From the NCBI GenBank assembly GCA_038087875.1, contig CM075992.1, forward strand, positions 2,296,001 to 2,360,000: DNA of 64,000 nt. Direction: 5' to 3'. Source of the stretch: Malacoraja senta (Eukaryota). This document shows, piece by piece, positions 11,873 through 25,396 of the stretch. The translations under genes and the position numbers were made by a program. A model generated the notes under the pieces. That model made no database searches. It had not been told where the DNA came from and saw only the letters and a program-made list of their open reading frames with translations. Numbering within the stretch: position 1 is the stretch's first letter; each line of letters opens with the position of its first letter.

Positions 11873-12135
11873 GGTAAGAAGGAGGGAAGGTTAAGGGGAC
11901 GAATTCCAGAGCTGAGGCCTTGGCAGCTGGATGCATATCTGATGGTGGGAGGGCGATATTCAGCGATGAGCAAGAGGCCAGAATGAGAGGAGCACAGAGA
12001 AGTCAGATGTTCACAAAGATTACAAGCACAGAGAGGAGCAACGCCGTGGAGAGATTTGAAAGCGACCATTTTAAAATCGAGGCTTTGCAGCATAGGCCAA
12101 CTCAGACAAGAGGGGAAGGTGAACAGGATTAGGTT
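11720..12135 (-). mobile_element. Old L2-like 3' fragment containing a (GA)n microsatellite at 11798-11872
   Basis: Minus frame gives LDFKMVAFKSLHGVAP, like the L2 C-terminal INFKILLHVYKVLNGLAP in ORF 24504-25112. Confidence 0.6.
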
Positions 12136-12529
12136 TGAGCTGGGACAAAGCCATCCGATTAAAATTATAACACTTCCCATTTCTTTTTTTCTTGTTTGTT
12201 AAACATTCACCGACTATGTATCGAATGCTTCAATCGTGAATACCTGGCGTAGACTGGTTATTGCACATGAACCAATCATAGTAGAAATAGCATCACTAAC
12301 CCCACCTTACTATATGATTCATACTAATACCCACTTCCTACACTGGTCAGTCTTGGAAGCGGTAACGATGAACTAACAACTAACAACCTGCTGTACCACT
12401 ATACTATGGGTTGTTAGTTATTAGTCCAGATTGTACAGTTTGCCTATTTACACCTAGTAAATAATTTCCATACATTTCATACGGAAGTCCATGTCCATTA
12501 CAGTGGGACCTCATTTCATGGATTTAGCT

Positions 12530-12843
12530 TAATTTAGTTGGAGATACAGTGCGGAAACAGGCCCTTCGGCCCACCGAGTCCACACCGACCAGCGATCCCA
12601 GCACACTAACACTATCCTACACACACTAGGGACAATTTACATTTATACCAAGCCAATTAACCTGCAAACCTGTACGCCTTTGGAGTGTGGGACGAAACCA
12701 AAGATCTAAGAGAAAACCCATGCGGTCATGGGGAGAACATACAAACTCCGTACAGACAGCACCCCTGGTCGGGATGGAACCCGGGTCTCCGGCACGGCAA
12801 GCGCTGTAAGGCAGCAACTCTACCGCTGCGCCACCATGCCGCC
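12530..12843 (-). mobile_element. Full-length V-SINE
   Basis: Reverse complement of the SINE consensus. Confidence 0.9.
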
Positions 12844-12981
12844 CGGTTGTCGCAGTGTCGTCTCAATTGAAATATGTTATTCACTCTCCTCTCCTTAACG
12901 TGATATCTCTCAATGAAAGTTTTGATTGTCCTTGGAAAACCCAGCTGTAGTTGCCATTCTTTACACGTTATCTTAGAGGGT

Positions 12982-13462
12982 GAAGATAGACACAAAATGC
13001 TGGCGGGTCAGGCGGCATCTCTGGAGGGAAGGAATGGATGACGTTTCGGGTCGAGACCCTTTGTCAGACTGAAAGTCACGGGAAAGGGAAACGAGAGATA
13101 TAGACGATGATGTAGAGAGATATAGAACACATTAATGAAAGATAGGCATAAAAGTAACATTGATAAAGGAAACAGGCCATTGTTAGCTGTTTGTTCGGTG
13201 AGAACGGAAAGGTGGTATGACTTGGGTGGGGGAGGAATGGAGAGAGAGGGGAATGCAGGGGTTACTTGAAGTTAGAGAAATCAATATTCATGCTACTGGG
13301 GTGCAACCTTCCCAAGCTAAATATGAGATGCTATTCCTCCAATTTGCGTTTAGCCTCACTCTGACAATGGAGGAGGCCTAGGACAGAAAGGTCGGTGTGG
13401 GAATGGGAAGGGGAATTAAAATGTTTAGCAACCGGGAGATCAAGTAGGTCCAGGCAGACTGA
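12982..13462 (-). mobile_element. Penelope-like element 3' fragment
   Basis: Homologous to 8580-8760 (GIY-YIG C-terminal region) plus pLTR motif. Confidence 0.85.
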
Positions 13463-13466
13463 GATG

Positions 13467-13755
13467 ATAAGGTCATAAGGTCATGAGGAATGTGGAATTA
13501 GGCCATTCGGCCCATCTAGTCTACTCCGCCATTCAATCATGGCTGATCTATCTCTGCCTCCTAACCCCATTCTCCTGCCTTCTCCCCATAACCCCTGACA
13601 CCCGTACTAATCAAGAATCTATCTATCTCTGCCTTAAAAAATCCACTGACTTGGCCTCCACAGCCGTCTGTGGCAAATAATTCCACAGATTCACCACCCT
13701 CTGACTAAATAACTTTCTCCTCATCTCCATCCTAAAAGAAAGTCCTTTAATTCTG
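13467..13755 (-). mobile_element. CR1-type LINE 3' tail (second subfamily)
   Basis: ttaggccattcggcccatc..ttccacagattcaccaccctctgac. Confidence 0.85.
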
Positions 13756-14430
13756 AAAGGTGTGACAGGCGTTACAAGTTGAGTATAATCTTACTTTTCA
13801 AGTTCCACCGACTTCACAACAGATTGCCAATGGATTATGCTGAGGGTGGGGGAAATGGTGGAAGGTCAGGTCTCTGAAGAAGCAAATGGGAGGTAGTGAC
13901 TCCTCATCCACTACATTCATCACCGTGACTGAAGTGTCCCTCATGAGTTGGAAGAATTCAGTATGAAACACATGACGTTCTGGACTATTTGTTGGCCTGC
14001 ATCCACCATGACCGCCTGTATTTTAATCTGTACACCCTCTCAGGAGTCTGATCTCACGAGGCCTTAAACTAAAACAATTTGAGCGCCCACACATAAATAA
14101 TTGCTTCATCTTGGCAATTCTGTTTTCCAAGTCGCTGTCAGTTCTGAGTGGATGTTAAAGTTCATGTTGTTGCGTGCAAGGAGATTATTTAACCCTTTCA
14201 CTCGCCGGGAGTGCTCACTACCCAAGAGCGTCATAGAGTCACAGAGACACACAGCACAGTAAAAGGCCCTTCAGCCCAACTTGTCCATGCCCACCAAGGT
14301 GTCCCATCCACACCTCCAGATTCAGGGACAGTTTCTTCCATGCTGTTGTCAGGCAACTGAACCATCCCATCAACAACTAGAGAACAGTTCTGAGCTACTA
14401 TTTACCTCATTGGAGACCCTCGGACTATCT

Positions 14431-15197
14431 AAATGGCGTCAAGTTGGGAAAAGGGGAAGTACAACGGGATCTGGGGGTCCTTGTACATCAGTCTATGAAA
14501 GTAAGCATGCAGGTACAGCAGGCAGTGAAGAAAGCGAATGGCATGTTGGCCTTTATAACAAGAGGAATCGAATATAGGAACAAAGAGGTCCTTCTGCAGT
14601 TGTACAGAGCCCTAGTGAGACCACACCTGGAGTATTGTGTGCAGTTTTGGTCCCCTAATTTGAGGAAGGACATTCTTGCTATTGAGGGAGTGCAGCGTAG
14701 GTTTACAAGGTTAATTCCCGGGATGGTGGGACTGTCATATGCTGAGAGAATGGAGCAGCTGGGCTTGTACACTCTGGAGTTTAAAAGAATCAGAGGGGAT
14801 CTCATTGAAACATATAAGATTGTTAAGGGTTTGGACACGCTAGAGGCAGGAAACATGTTCCCGATGTTGGGGGAGTCCAGAACCAGGGGCCACAGTTTAA
14901 GAATAAGGAGTAAGCCATTTAGAACGGAGACGAGGAAACACTTTTTCTCACAGAGAGTGGTGAGTCTGTGGAATTCTCTGCTTCAGAGGGCGGTGGAGGC
15001 GGGTTCTCTAGATGCTTTCAAGAGAGAGCTAGATAGGACTCTTAAAAATAGCGGAGTCAGGGGATATGGGGAGAAGGCAGGAACGGGGTACTGATTGGGG
15101 ATGATCAGCCATGATCACATTGAATGGCGGTGCTGGCTCAAAGGGCCGAATGGCCTACTCCTGCACCTATTGTCTATTGTCTATGGTCTATGGTCTA
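14431..15197 (+). mobile_element. 5'-truncated CR1-type LINE with open RT C-terminal ORF (14444-15094)
   Basis: LYRALVRPHLEYCVQFWSP..QRRFTRLIPG..FSQRVVSLWNSL; (ctattgt)n tail; TSD tatct. Confidence 0.95.
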
Positions 15198-16206
15198 TTA
15201 TCTTTAATCGGACTGGGTAAAGGGTAGCATGGGGTATAGTAAAATAAGAGGGGGGATGGAACTGGTGGGATTGTTCACTAGGAGCTAGCATAGACCCAAT
15301 GGGCTGAATGGTCTCCTCCAACCCATTGACATTTTGGTTATTTAAAACCTAGCGTTGTTATATTTAAATAAAATGAACTAATGATTCAGTACGAAGTGAT
15401 CTTTGTCGAAGGAAATGCCAAACTTCTACCTCCCTCTACGTCGAGGTTTACTAACCACGTCTGAAAAGCTGGCCTTCGACTTTTAGATATCTGTAAAGAT
15501 CAGAAACCTACCCTATAAATTCCTCTTAATATCTGCAATTTTTAATCAAATTCCCATTTTTTAAAAATTCATAGACAAATGTAATCTAAAATGTCCTTGA
15601 AATTTAACCCTTGGAGACCATCAACATTGTGCCAATGTATCCAAGATGTAGAGTCAGTCCCAGGTGTGCTCTAAGCAAGGTTTATATGGTTGTTTAGAGT
15701 CATAGAGTGAAATGGGCCCTTCGGCCCAACTTGCCCACACTGGCCAACATGTCCCAGCTACACTAGTCCCACCTGCCAGCATTTGGTCCATATCCCTCCA
15801 AACCTGTCCTATCCATGCACCTGTCTAACTGTTTCTTAAACGTTGGGATAGTCCCAGCCTTTGTGCGAAAACGTCACTCCTCAGATTCCGATTAAATATT
15901 TTCGCCATGTCCTCCCGTTCTCAATTCATCTACTCTGGGCAGGAGACTCTGTGCATCTAAAATGGCATTGTTGAATAAATTCTAGCTCCTTCTTCTCCAG
16001 TCTCCGGTTATAAACGCCAGCATTCGGCCCGTTGCTTTGATTGTTTTGTGTTCCAGTCCACAACACATTAATGATCCGTGAACATGTCTCTGCGGACATC
16101 CAGACAATCACGCCACTTTAGAATCAGAGGATAAACATTGTTTAAAGTCATATTCCTTAGTTTAATTTAGATTAGTTTAGATTAGTATAAATTAGTTTCG
16201 TTTAGT

Positions 16207-16483
16207 TCAGGGGCGACCGCGCCTTTGCGGTTGCAGCTCCTAGACTGTGGAACAGCATCCCTCTTCCCATCAGAACTGCCCCCTCCATCGACTCCTTTGT
16301 CGAGAATAAAAACCCATCTATACTCCCAAGCCTTTCTTGACGTCCTCTGAGCGAGGGCTATATGTATATATGTATGTAGTTTGTTTGTTTATACTGTTCT
16401 TATACAAATGTAAAGCACTTTGGCCAACGAGAGTTGTTTATTAAATGTGCTATATAAATAAATGTGACTTGACTTGACTTGAC
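16207..16483 (+). mobile_element. L2 LINE 3' end inserted in a (tttag)n microsatellite
   Basis: Near-identical to 24967-25255; (gactt)n tail; (tttag)n on both sides (~16157-16541). Confidence 0.9.
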
Positions 16484-16609
16484 TAGTTATGTTTAGTTTA
16501 GTTTAGCTTAGATTAGTTTAGTTTAGTTTAGTTTAGTTTAGCTTCTTAAATAGCCATAGTACAAATCTATAAGCTGCACCATAGAAGGCAGTGCAGTGAT
16601 TGATCATAC

Positions 16610-16893
16610 AGTCATAGAGTGATACAGCACAGAAACAGGCCCTTCAGCCCCTTGAGTCCATCCATCAGGTCACCCATTCATGCCAGTACTCTGTAATCTC
16701 ACTTTTGCATCCACACACAAGAGGCAAACCTACAAAGCCACACGTCTTTGGGATGTAGGAGGAAGCCAGCACACCTGGAGGAAATCTAAGTGGCCACAGG
16801 GAGAATGTGCTAATTCCACACAGACAGCACCCGAGGTCAGAATCAAACCCAGGCACTGTGAGGCAGCAGCTCTACCAGCTGCGCCACCGTGCT
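16610..16893 (-). mobile_element. V-SINE (diverged)
   Basis: Reverse-complement head and V-domain. Confidence 0.8.
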
Positions 16894-19260
16894 TCCCCTA
16901 GCTATGGTGATTTTTCTTACACTACAATGACGTGCATCGGTGAAAAGCGAAACAGAGTTAACATTTCATGGTTGAAAACACTTCATCGGAAATGGCAAAG
17001 AGAGAAAATTAATTTGTTTTCAGTTGCAAAGAGAGTGGGGAGGGATGAACAAGAGAGCATCTCTTTCCACAGACGCTTACTGACCTGATGGGTTTTTAAA
17101 GCATTTTCTGTTTTTATTTCAGATTTCCGATATCTGCAGTGTTTTTGATTTTCATTGAGTCTTCAATCAAGAAACTGTACTTCAGTATCTGGCATCACAC
17201 TCTCTGGTGAGTTGTAAACAATAAAGGTTGTATAAGCCCTTAAAATGAAAACTATACAAGGACCAGCACTGAATAATATTTTCAATATAATATTAGATTC
17301 TAGTTTAGAAATACAATGTAATTACTACACAAGTATATACCTATTAATTTAAACTGAGTAAAATTTGTGATACATTGTGATATTTTGTGACTGTGTGTTC
17401 TTCTATCAGAGATTGGCTGGAAACTACCAAGCAATGATACAAAGATGCCATGCTGCTGTATTTGACGCATGTAGTGAGGTACAGTGAAATTCATTTTACT
17501 TTGCAGTTCAGTACGTATCACTGTACATAAGCTCTTAGGTACATCTTAGATACATATCTCAGATACAGTACAAGTGAATATCAGTGGTACACTGAGTATA
17601 CAGAATTGCCAGTTTTTGGTGCCATTTATTCATTTGCTGGTTTATTTGCCCACCTGAGATTAGAAGGGACACCAGATAGGACGACTTCATCAGTACTTCA
17701 AACGTCACCTATTCGTCTCTCCATAGTCGTCAACTTTATTTGTCACACACACATGCAACATGTGCAGTGAAATGAAAGTGGCAATGCCTGCGGATAGTGC
17801 AAATACAACAGAACAGAATAGAACAGACCAGTATTTACATTTTAGATGGGTTTACATTCTGAAGAAGGGTTTCGGTCCGAAATGTTGCCTATTTCCTTGG
17901 CTCCATAGATGCTGCCTCACCCGCTGAGTTCCTCCAGCATTTTGGTCTACCAGTTATGACTATCAGCGAGACAAATTCAGAGCTGAATTAAGTTCATAAG
18001 TTCATAAGTACTAGGAGCAGAATTAGGCCATTCGGCCCATCAAGTCTACTCCACTATTCAATCATGGCTGATCTATCTTTCCTTCTCAACCCCATTTTCC
18101 TGCCTTCTCCCCATAACCCCTGTCATCTGTACTAATTAAGAATTAACTAGTATAATGGAGTTTTTAAAATGATAGTCATAACTGGTAGACCAAAATGCTG
18201 GAGGAACTCAGCGGGTGAGGCAGCATTTAAAAAACTCCCGGAAATATTTTAGGAGCAAGGAACTGCAGGTTCTGGTTTATAAAAGAAGACACACAGTGCT
18301 GGACAGAACTGTGTGTCTTCTCCCAGAAATCTGTTACTGAGTGTCCAATAAATATGAGATAGTGAGATGAAAAAATGTATTATTTTGTAACTTACAGTTT
18401 ACATAAAAAATTCCTGGATGTTTAATAAAATGCATTAAATGCATTAAATGTGTCAAGGGAACGGTATAATATTTGCAGTCGTGAATCACCATGGTGACAC
18501 AGCTTGCTTTTGTTTTATTGTTGGCTAATGAATAATGCTCCATGTGTTTTACATTTCATCGAAAACGCTCCTCACAACATGTGTCTCTCTCAGCTGTGGG
18601 CATCCTACGTGTGAACTACTGCTCTTGGTTCATTGTCCAGCTCCACACAAACCCACCTCTGTTCCTTTAATCCCCCCCCCCCCCCCATGGTCTGGAGGCC
18701 TCAGGTTATTGGAAATGGACACAAAATGCTGGCGTAACTCAGCGGGACAGGCAGCATCTCTGGAGAGAAGGAACGGTGACGCTTTGGGTCCGGACACTTC
18801 TTCAGACTTTCGAACCATTCCTTCTCTCCAGAGATGCTGCCTGTCCCGCTGAGTTACTCCAGGACTTTGTGTCCATCTTCGGTGTCAATCAGCATCTGCA
18901 GTTCCTTCCTACACATTTTGTCTGATTATTGGGTGTTGGGTTCCCAAGCAGTGATGGATGTCTGGTGTGGAGAAGTGGAAAGTAGATCTCATTCGTGTTT
19001 GTATGGGGGCTCTCCAATCATCCATTCCTGTGATGAAGCTTTCTTGGCTGATCTATCTGGAATAATGGCACAGCAAGGGTCCAAGATGAGATCAGTTTCA
19101 TTTACTTCTCCTTTGCTCTGGACCAAGGGTAAATGATGTCAGTGGCTGACTAATGCAATGTTGGCAAAGTTAAAGAAACTATTTTATATAGTGTATTTCA
19201 GTCTTCTTCATAACACAAGATGGCGTACAGCATGGGGGACGGTCAGATTGCACCAGTGCT

Positions 19261-19545
19261 GGGCGGCACAGTGGCGCAGCAGGTAGAGCTGCTGCCTCGA
19301 TCCCCACCTGGAGTTTGCATGTTCTTCCTCTGACTGCGTGGGTTTCCTCCTGGTGCACCGGTTTCCTCCCACATCCCAAAAGCGCATGGGTTAGTAGGTT
19401 AATTGGCCCTGATGTGCAGGGGTAATTAATTTTATAAGAATATGGGACAACTTAGACCTATTGTGTGAATGGGTGATTGAGGGTCAGCATGGAGTTGTTG
19501 GGCCGAAGGGCCCGTTTCTATGCTGTGTCTCTCAACTCGAAACAA
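19261..19545 (+). mobile_element. V-SINE with internal deletion
   Basis: gggcggcacagtggcgcagc head plus V-domain. Confidence 0.8.
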
Positions 19546-19596
19546 AACATTATCTAGTTCATGGCGTGTTTCAGGTGAAGCTGAGAAGCCTGTAAA

Positions 19597-19860
19597 GCCT
19601 TTGCGGTTGCAGTTCCTAGACTGTGGAACAGCATCCCCTTCCCATCAGAACTGCCCCCTCCATCGACTCCTTTAAGTCAAGACTAAAAACTTATCTATAC
19701 TCCCAAGCCTTTCTTGACGTCCTCTGAGCGAGGGCTATATGTATATATGTATGTAGTTTGTTTGTTTATATTATTCTTATAACAAATGTAAAGCACTTTG
19801 GCCAACGAGAGTTGTTTTTTAAAAATGCTATATAAATAAATGTGACTTGACTTGACTTGA
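19597..19860 (+). mobile_element. L2 LINE 3' end
   Basis: Near-identical to 24981-25255; (gactt)n tail. Confidence 0.9.
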
Positions 19861-20204
19861 AGGTATCTGTCTGGGCCTCGGTGGAGTTGAGTCGATACAA
19901 GTTGGAGTTACAAGATGCGACAGATAGAGGTGATTATAGGTGAATGTGTCTCAGTCAGCATTGAGAAACAGGGATCATGTTGCACAAGACTGGAGCTTGA
20001 GATCAGATTACAAAGCAGTGAATCATGCCGTGTTTCCGGATCCCAACTATAAAGATAAAGTGGCCATTAAAGGAGGTCAGTCAACGTTCTGATCCCCATC
20101 TATTGTTAATGAAGAAGTAGGAGTATGCGATCGATCGCATGTGAGAATAAATGGGTTATTTTTAGAATCAGTAGTGGACTCTTGAGTTGTTTAGTTGAGT
20201 GCAG

Positions 20205-20578
20205 TTTAGTTTAGAGATATAGCATGGAAACAGGCCCTTCGGCCCCACCGAGTCCATGCTAACCGTTGATCACCTATTCACACTAGTTCAATGTTATCCC
20301 TCTTTCTCATCCATTCCATACACACCAGGGGCAATTTTACAGAGAGCCAATTAACCCACAAACCCACGGGTCTCTGGGATGTGAGTGGAGACCTGAGCAC
20401 CTCCACCCACACTTTAAAGACTTGCAGGTTTGTGGGTTAATTGGCTTTGGTAAAAAAATTGTAAATTGTCCCTAGTGTGTGTGTCGGATAGTGCTGGTGT
20501 ATGGGGTGATCGCTGGTCGGCACAGACTCGGTGGGCCGAAGGGCCTGTTTCCACGCTGTATCTAAACTAAACTAAACT
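20205..20578. repeat. Two V-SINE 3' halves joined in inverted orientation
   Basis: Minus half at ~20205-20400, plus half at ~20400-20578. Confidence 0.8.
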
Positions 20579-21877
20579 ACCATGTCCAGCTTTGGTCTCT
20601 GTATCCAAGACTTACTTCAGGAACATGGATGTGCAATGACGCAGCATCCTCAGCGATCATGGGTAGACAATCCCAAAGGTTCATCAACCTCTCAGAGAAG
20701 TCATTCTTTCTCGCTTCAGTCTCACGTTCAACCTCTCAAGCTAAGGCTGGTCCCTCATTCTAGACTCCCAGCATCAGGTGAAAGATCCACCCTGTAAAGC
20801 CAAACAGTATCATATGTTTCAAGTAGGTGTAGGAAGGAACTGCAGATGCTGGTTTAAACCGAATACAGACTCAAAATGCTGGAGTAACTCAGCGGGACAG
20901 GCAGCATCTCCGGAGAGAAGGAATGGGTGATGTTTCAGGTCAGAAGAAGGGTCCCGACCCAAAACGTCACCAATTCCTTCTCTCCAGATACGCTGCCTGT
21001 CCCGCTGAGTTACTACAGCATTTTGAGTCTATCTCCGGTGTGTTACCCCAGCTATATGTTTCAAGTAGATCACCTCCCGTTCTCAATCTCAGAGAGCAGA
21101 GACCCACCCTGCTTCATCACAACTCCCTCATCTCAGGTAGTAGTGAGCCTTCCCTTCACTATCTCCAATATTCCTCTCACGTTCCCCCATCTTGTTTTAG
21201 TTTCCTCTTTCCCCGATTTCCGTGCTCGCGTTGCTTCCTTCGCCCTCGCCGTAGCCGTTACCCAGTTCCTTCACTTCTGTTCTGAGCCGAGAATTCAAGA
21301 GGAAAGCTGCAAAGAGTAAAACAGTCGTAAACATCATTCTTCCACTCCAGCCTGGCCAATCCCCCGCTTAAATCCTTCTCCATCTGCTTCTCTTTAAGCG
21401 GTGGGGTACATTCAGGGTCTTGTGTCAGCGATCTGTGTGGGAGGCAGCTAGTTGGCAAAAGGTTCAGCAGAAGCAGGTCAGAGAGTCCTAAATAATAAAA
21501 GCATCTCTTTACAAACTTGCTTATTAAAGCAAATGCTCATCATATTAAAACGATTTCAAGAGTTGATTAGCCTCCCTCCTCCTTAATGCAGAAGAACATT
21601 AAGTGGCAACACTGGACGTGGGGTCATTTTGTGTTAGATATGCGTGTGTGTGCGTGTGTCTCTCCCTCTTCATATGCGTCTAAATGCTTCTGCCTATCTA
21701 TGCCTGTATTTGAATTGAATTTGAATTGAATACCTTATTGTCACCTGTGACAAGTCGCAGTGAAATGCTTTGCCTGCACACCCAAGGTATGCAAATAGTT
21801 GCTACGTAAAGGGCGCTGATAAATTTATAAAATACGCCGCGCTGGCTCATCCTTTGTTCTATGTTTGTGCCTATCTT

Positions 21878-22110
21878 TAGTCACAGGGTGGTGAATCTGT
21901 CGAATTCTTTGCCACAGAGGGCTGTGGAGGCCGTCAGTGGATATTTTTAAGGCAGAGATGGATAGATTCTTGAATAGTACGGGTGTCTGGGGTGTCTGGG
22001 GAGAAGGCAGGAGAATGGGGTGAGGAGGGAGAGATAGATCAGCCATGATTGAATGGCGGAGTAGATTTAATGGGCCGAATGGCCTAATTCTACTCCTATT
22101 CCTTATGACC
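21878..22110 (+). mobile_element. CR1-type LINE 3' tail
   Basis: cagggtggtgaatctgt..gagatagatcagccatgattgaatggcgg. Confidence 0.85.
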
Positions 22111-22345
22111 TACATTGATCACCTTCAATCACTGAGATTCAGGACACAAGTATGTGTTTCCCCACAGCGTGGTCAGAGCAGAGGGTGTTAGCTCCATAAT
22201 GATACAGCGGAACTGTAAATTGCTGAATCTGGGAGCTTTGTGTTGAGAACGCGTAGAATTTGTATTTCCATTAAATTTATATGCGTTCATTTTGTAATTA
22301 GTACAGCACAATGGATAATCAAGCAGCGACCCATTCACACCCATT

Positions 22346-22558
22346 GTTAAAGAAGGAACTGCAGATGCTGGAAAATCGAAGGTACACAAAAGTGCTGGAG
22401 AAACTCAGCGGGTGCAGCAGCATCTATGGAGCGAAGGAAATAGGTAACGTTTCGGGCCGAAACGGGTCTGAAGAAGGGTTTCGGCCCGAAACGTTACCTA
22501 TTTCCTTCGCTCCATAGATGCTGCTGCACCCGCTGAGTTTCTCCAGCATTTTTGTGTA
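22346..22558. mobile_element. Palindromic Penelope mini-element with hammerhead core at 22468-22495
   Basis: ~80-bp inverted arms; ccattcacacccatt duplicated on both flanks. Confidence 0.9.
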
Positions 22559-22811
22559 CCATTCACACCCATTACTGTACCTGTCGAGTTAACAGCCCAT
22601 TACATGAACAGAATACTCCTGATAAACAAATTAACATATTTAAAGGGTAATTTACAAAGTTCTCAAGGGACCTTCTCGATACCACAAAGTACTTCACAAA
22701 TAACAAATCATGTCCTAATTCTGCTCCTTGAACTTCTGAACTTAATTCAGCTGTGAATTTGTCTCGCTGGTAAACTTTACCTAGTCATATCTGGTGTCCC
22801 ATCTAATCTCA

Positions 22812-23100
22812 GGTGGTGCAGCGGTAGAATTGTTGCCTCACAGTGCCAGACCCGGCTTCAATCCTATGGGTGCTGTCTGTGTGGAGTTTGTACGTTGTTC
22901 CTGTGACCACGTGGGTTTCCTTCGGGTGCTCCAGTTTCCTCCCACACTCTAAAGACGTACAGGTTTGTAGGTTAATTTGGGTCCTGTAACTTGTAAATTG
23001 TCTCTAGTGTGTAGGATAGTTCTAGTATATGGGGTGATCACTGGGCAGTGTGGACCTGGTGGGCCGAAGGGCCTGTTTCCGCGCTGTATCTCTAAAGTTT
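22812..23100 (+). mobile_element. V-SINE
   Basis: Head, V-domain and tail. Confidence 0.85.
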
Positions 23101-23318
23101 AAGGTCTAAATTGTACTGAAACTCTACTTGAACTGACCTCTCCCCATGGGATATGCCTCTGTCACTGTATCACTTTAAACTAAACCTCAGCATTTCAAAA
23201 TCCTGCAGGGAACTACAGGCCGGTGAGCCTTATATCAGTGGTGAGAAAGTTACCGGAACAGAACTGGTAGGCCGCAGGAGGTGCCCCAGGGACACAAAGA
23301 TAGTCGGGCAAGGGGAGG

Positions 23319-25255
23319 AGAACTAAATATTTTTCCAACCTTATCTCCAAAAACGCGCATAATTCCAAGGTCCTCTTTAGCACCCACCTCCATCATCTGT
23401 CCTGCCCCCAGCACCAGCCTAACTGGGTCCCCTGCTAAGTGCGAGGAATTTACCACATTCTTCACCAGCAAGGTAAAGAACATAAGAATGAATATTTCCC
23501 CTCCCACCCGTGACCTGGCTGTCTCATTGGTCTGCTCTTCAAAATTAGACTGTTTCCAACCCGTTACTCTACCCTCCCTTGTAAAACTGATCACCACCAT
23601 GAAACCTACTACCTGCCCCCTCGACACTGTCCCCTCTGCCCTCCTAAAGGACGTCATTACAACAGCTGGTCCCAGCATCCTCGCCATCTTCAACAGCTCT
23701 CTGGCCACTGGCACTGTACCTACCTGCTTCAAGCCTGCGGTGGTCCAACCACTCCTGAAAAAACCTAACCTCGACCCCACCCTGCCAAGCAACTACAGAC
23801 CCATTTCTAAACTGCCTTTCCTCTCAAAAGCCCTTGAAAAGGTCATTTTAAGTCAACTTATACCTCACCTTCACCAAAACACTATCTTGGAAACTTTCCA
23901 ATCAGGTTTCAGGGCTCACCATAGCACAGAATCTGCCTTGTTAAAGGTACACAATGACCTACTGCTCACCATTGACTCTGGCGACTGTGCAATTCTGCTC
24001 CTTCTTGACCTCAGCGCAGCATTTGATACTGTCGACCACACCATCCTAATTGACCGTCTCCGGTACGGGGTTGGTATTCATGGCACTGCCCTGAGCTGGT
24101 TCATCTCCTATCTCAAAGATAGGAGTTTCTCGACTGACATAGGCAACTCTTCCTCCTCCCCAGCTAATCTCTGCTGTGGGGTTCCACAAGGTTCCATCCT
24201 TGGCCCCATTCTCTTCTCCCTGTATATGCTCCCCTTAGGCCAAGTCATTGAAAGGCACGGCATTTCCTTCCATTGCTACGCAGACGATACACAACTCTAT
24301 CTCCCCCTGAAGCCCAAAAACCAATCAAATCTGTTTAACCTTACCCACTGCCTCGAGGATATAAAGTGTTGGATGGCCCAGAACTTCCTCCAACTAAACG
24401 AGAGTAAGTCTGAGGTCATCCTTCTCGGCCCCTTGGACTCAATCAAAATGATAGCAGGCAGCCTTGGAAGCCTTACCCCACTACTCACGTCAAAAACCTT
24501 GGCGTGATATTTGACTCAGCACTGAAATTTGACAAACAAGTCAATGCCGTGGTAAAAGCTAGCTTCTTTCAGCTTCGGACGATAGCTAAAATAAAACAAT
24601 TCCTTCAGTTTGATGACCTCGAAAAGATCATCCACACATTCATCTCCTCCCGCCTAGATTACTGCAACTCCCTTTACACTGGCATCAGCCAATCTTCCCT
24701 GTCCCGCCTGCAACTGGTCCAAAACGCCGCAGCGAGACTCCTGACGGGCACCCGAAAAAGGGACCACATCACCCCGATCCTGGCCTCTCTCCACTGGCTC
24801 CCTGTGCGGTTCCGTATAAACTTCAAGATCCTCCTCCATGTCTACAAAGTCCTCAATGGGCTTGCCCCCACCTACATAAAAAGTCTTCTCACCCACCACT
24901 CCACCTCCAGGCCCCTCAGCTCGGCCGACTTGGGGTTGCTGAATATCCCACGGTCTAGGCGTAAGCTCAGGGGCGACCGCGCCTTTGCGGTTGCAGCTCC
25001 TAGACTGTGGAACAGCATCCCCTTTCCCATCAGAACTGCTCCCTCCATCGACTCTTTTAAGTCAAGACTAAAGACGTATCTATACTCCCAAGCCTTTCCT
25101 GACGTCCTCTGAGTGAGGGCTACATGTATATATGTATGTAGTTTGTTTTGTTTGTGCTATTCTTATAACAAATGTAAAGCACTTTGGCCAACGAGAGTTG
25201 TTTTTTAAATGTGCTATATATAAAATAAATGTGACTTGACTTGACTTGACTTGAC
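23319..25255 (+). mobile_element. 5'-truncated L2-clade LINE with near-intact reverse transcriptase (frameshifts near ~23385 and ~24490)
   Basis: NYRPISKLPFLSK, QSGFRAHHSTESAL, LLDLSAAFDTVDH, GVPQGSILGP, YADD (24277-24288), HITPILASLHWLP; (gactt)n tail. Confidence 0.95.
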
Positions 25256-25396
25256 ATCGGTTCGCATGAACTGCTCCTGTACATCGAGCTCACGGACCGA
25301 CCGGACTTTGAATAACGCCACCAAAAATGGCGGTGCCCTTGGGCAGAAATCGCTTTTAAAACATTGGGGTCACACAATGAGGCCTAGCGTCTAGGA

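Noticed and set aside
11756..11986. RE-repeat protein ORF
   Set aside because: (GA)n microsatellite inside an old L2 fragment
20125..20140. 16-bp perfect palindrome atgcgatcgatcgcat
   Set aside because: Short, explained by a small gatc duplication, with no supporting context
23281..25112. Long RT ORFs as a domesticated host gene
   Set aside because: 5'-truncated, frameshifted, and ending in a typical L2 tail shared with three other copies
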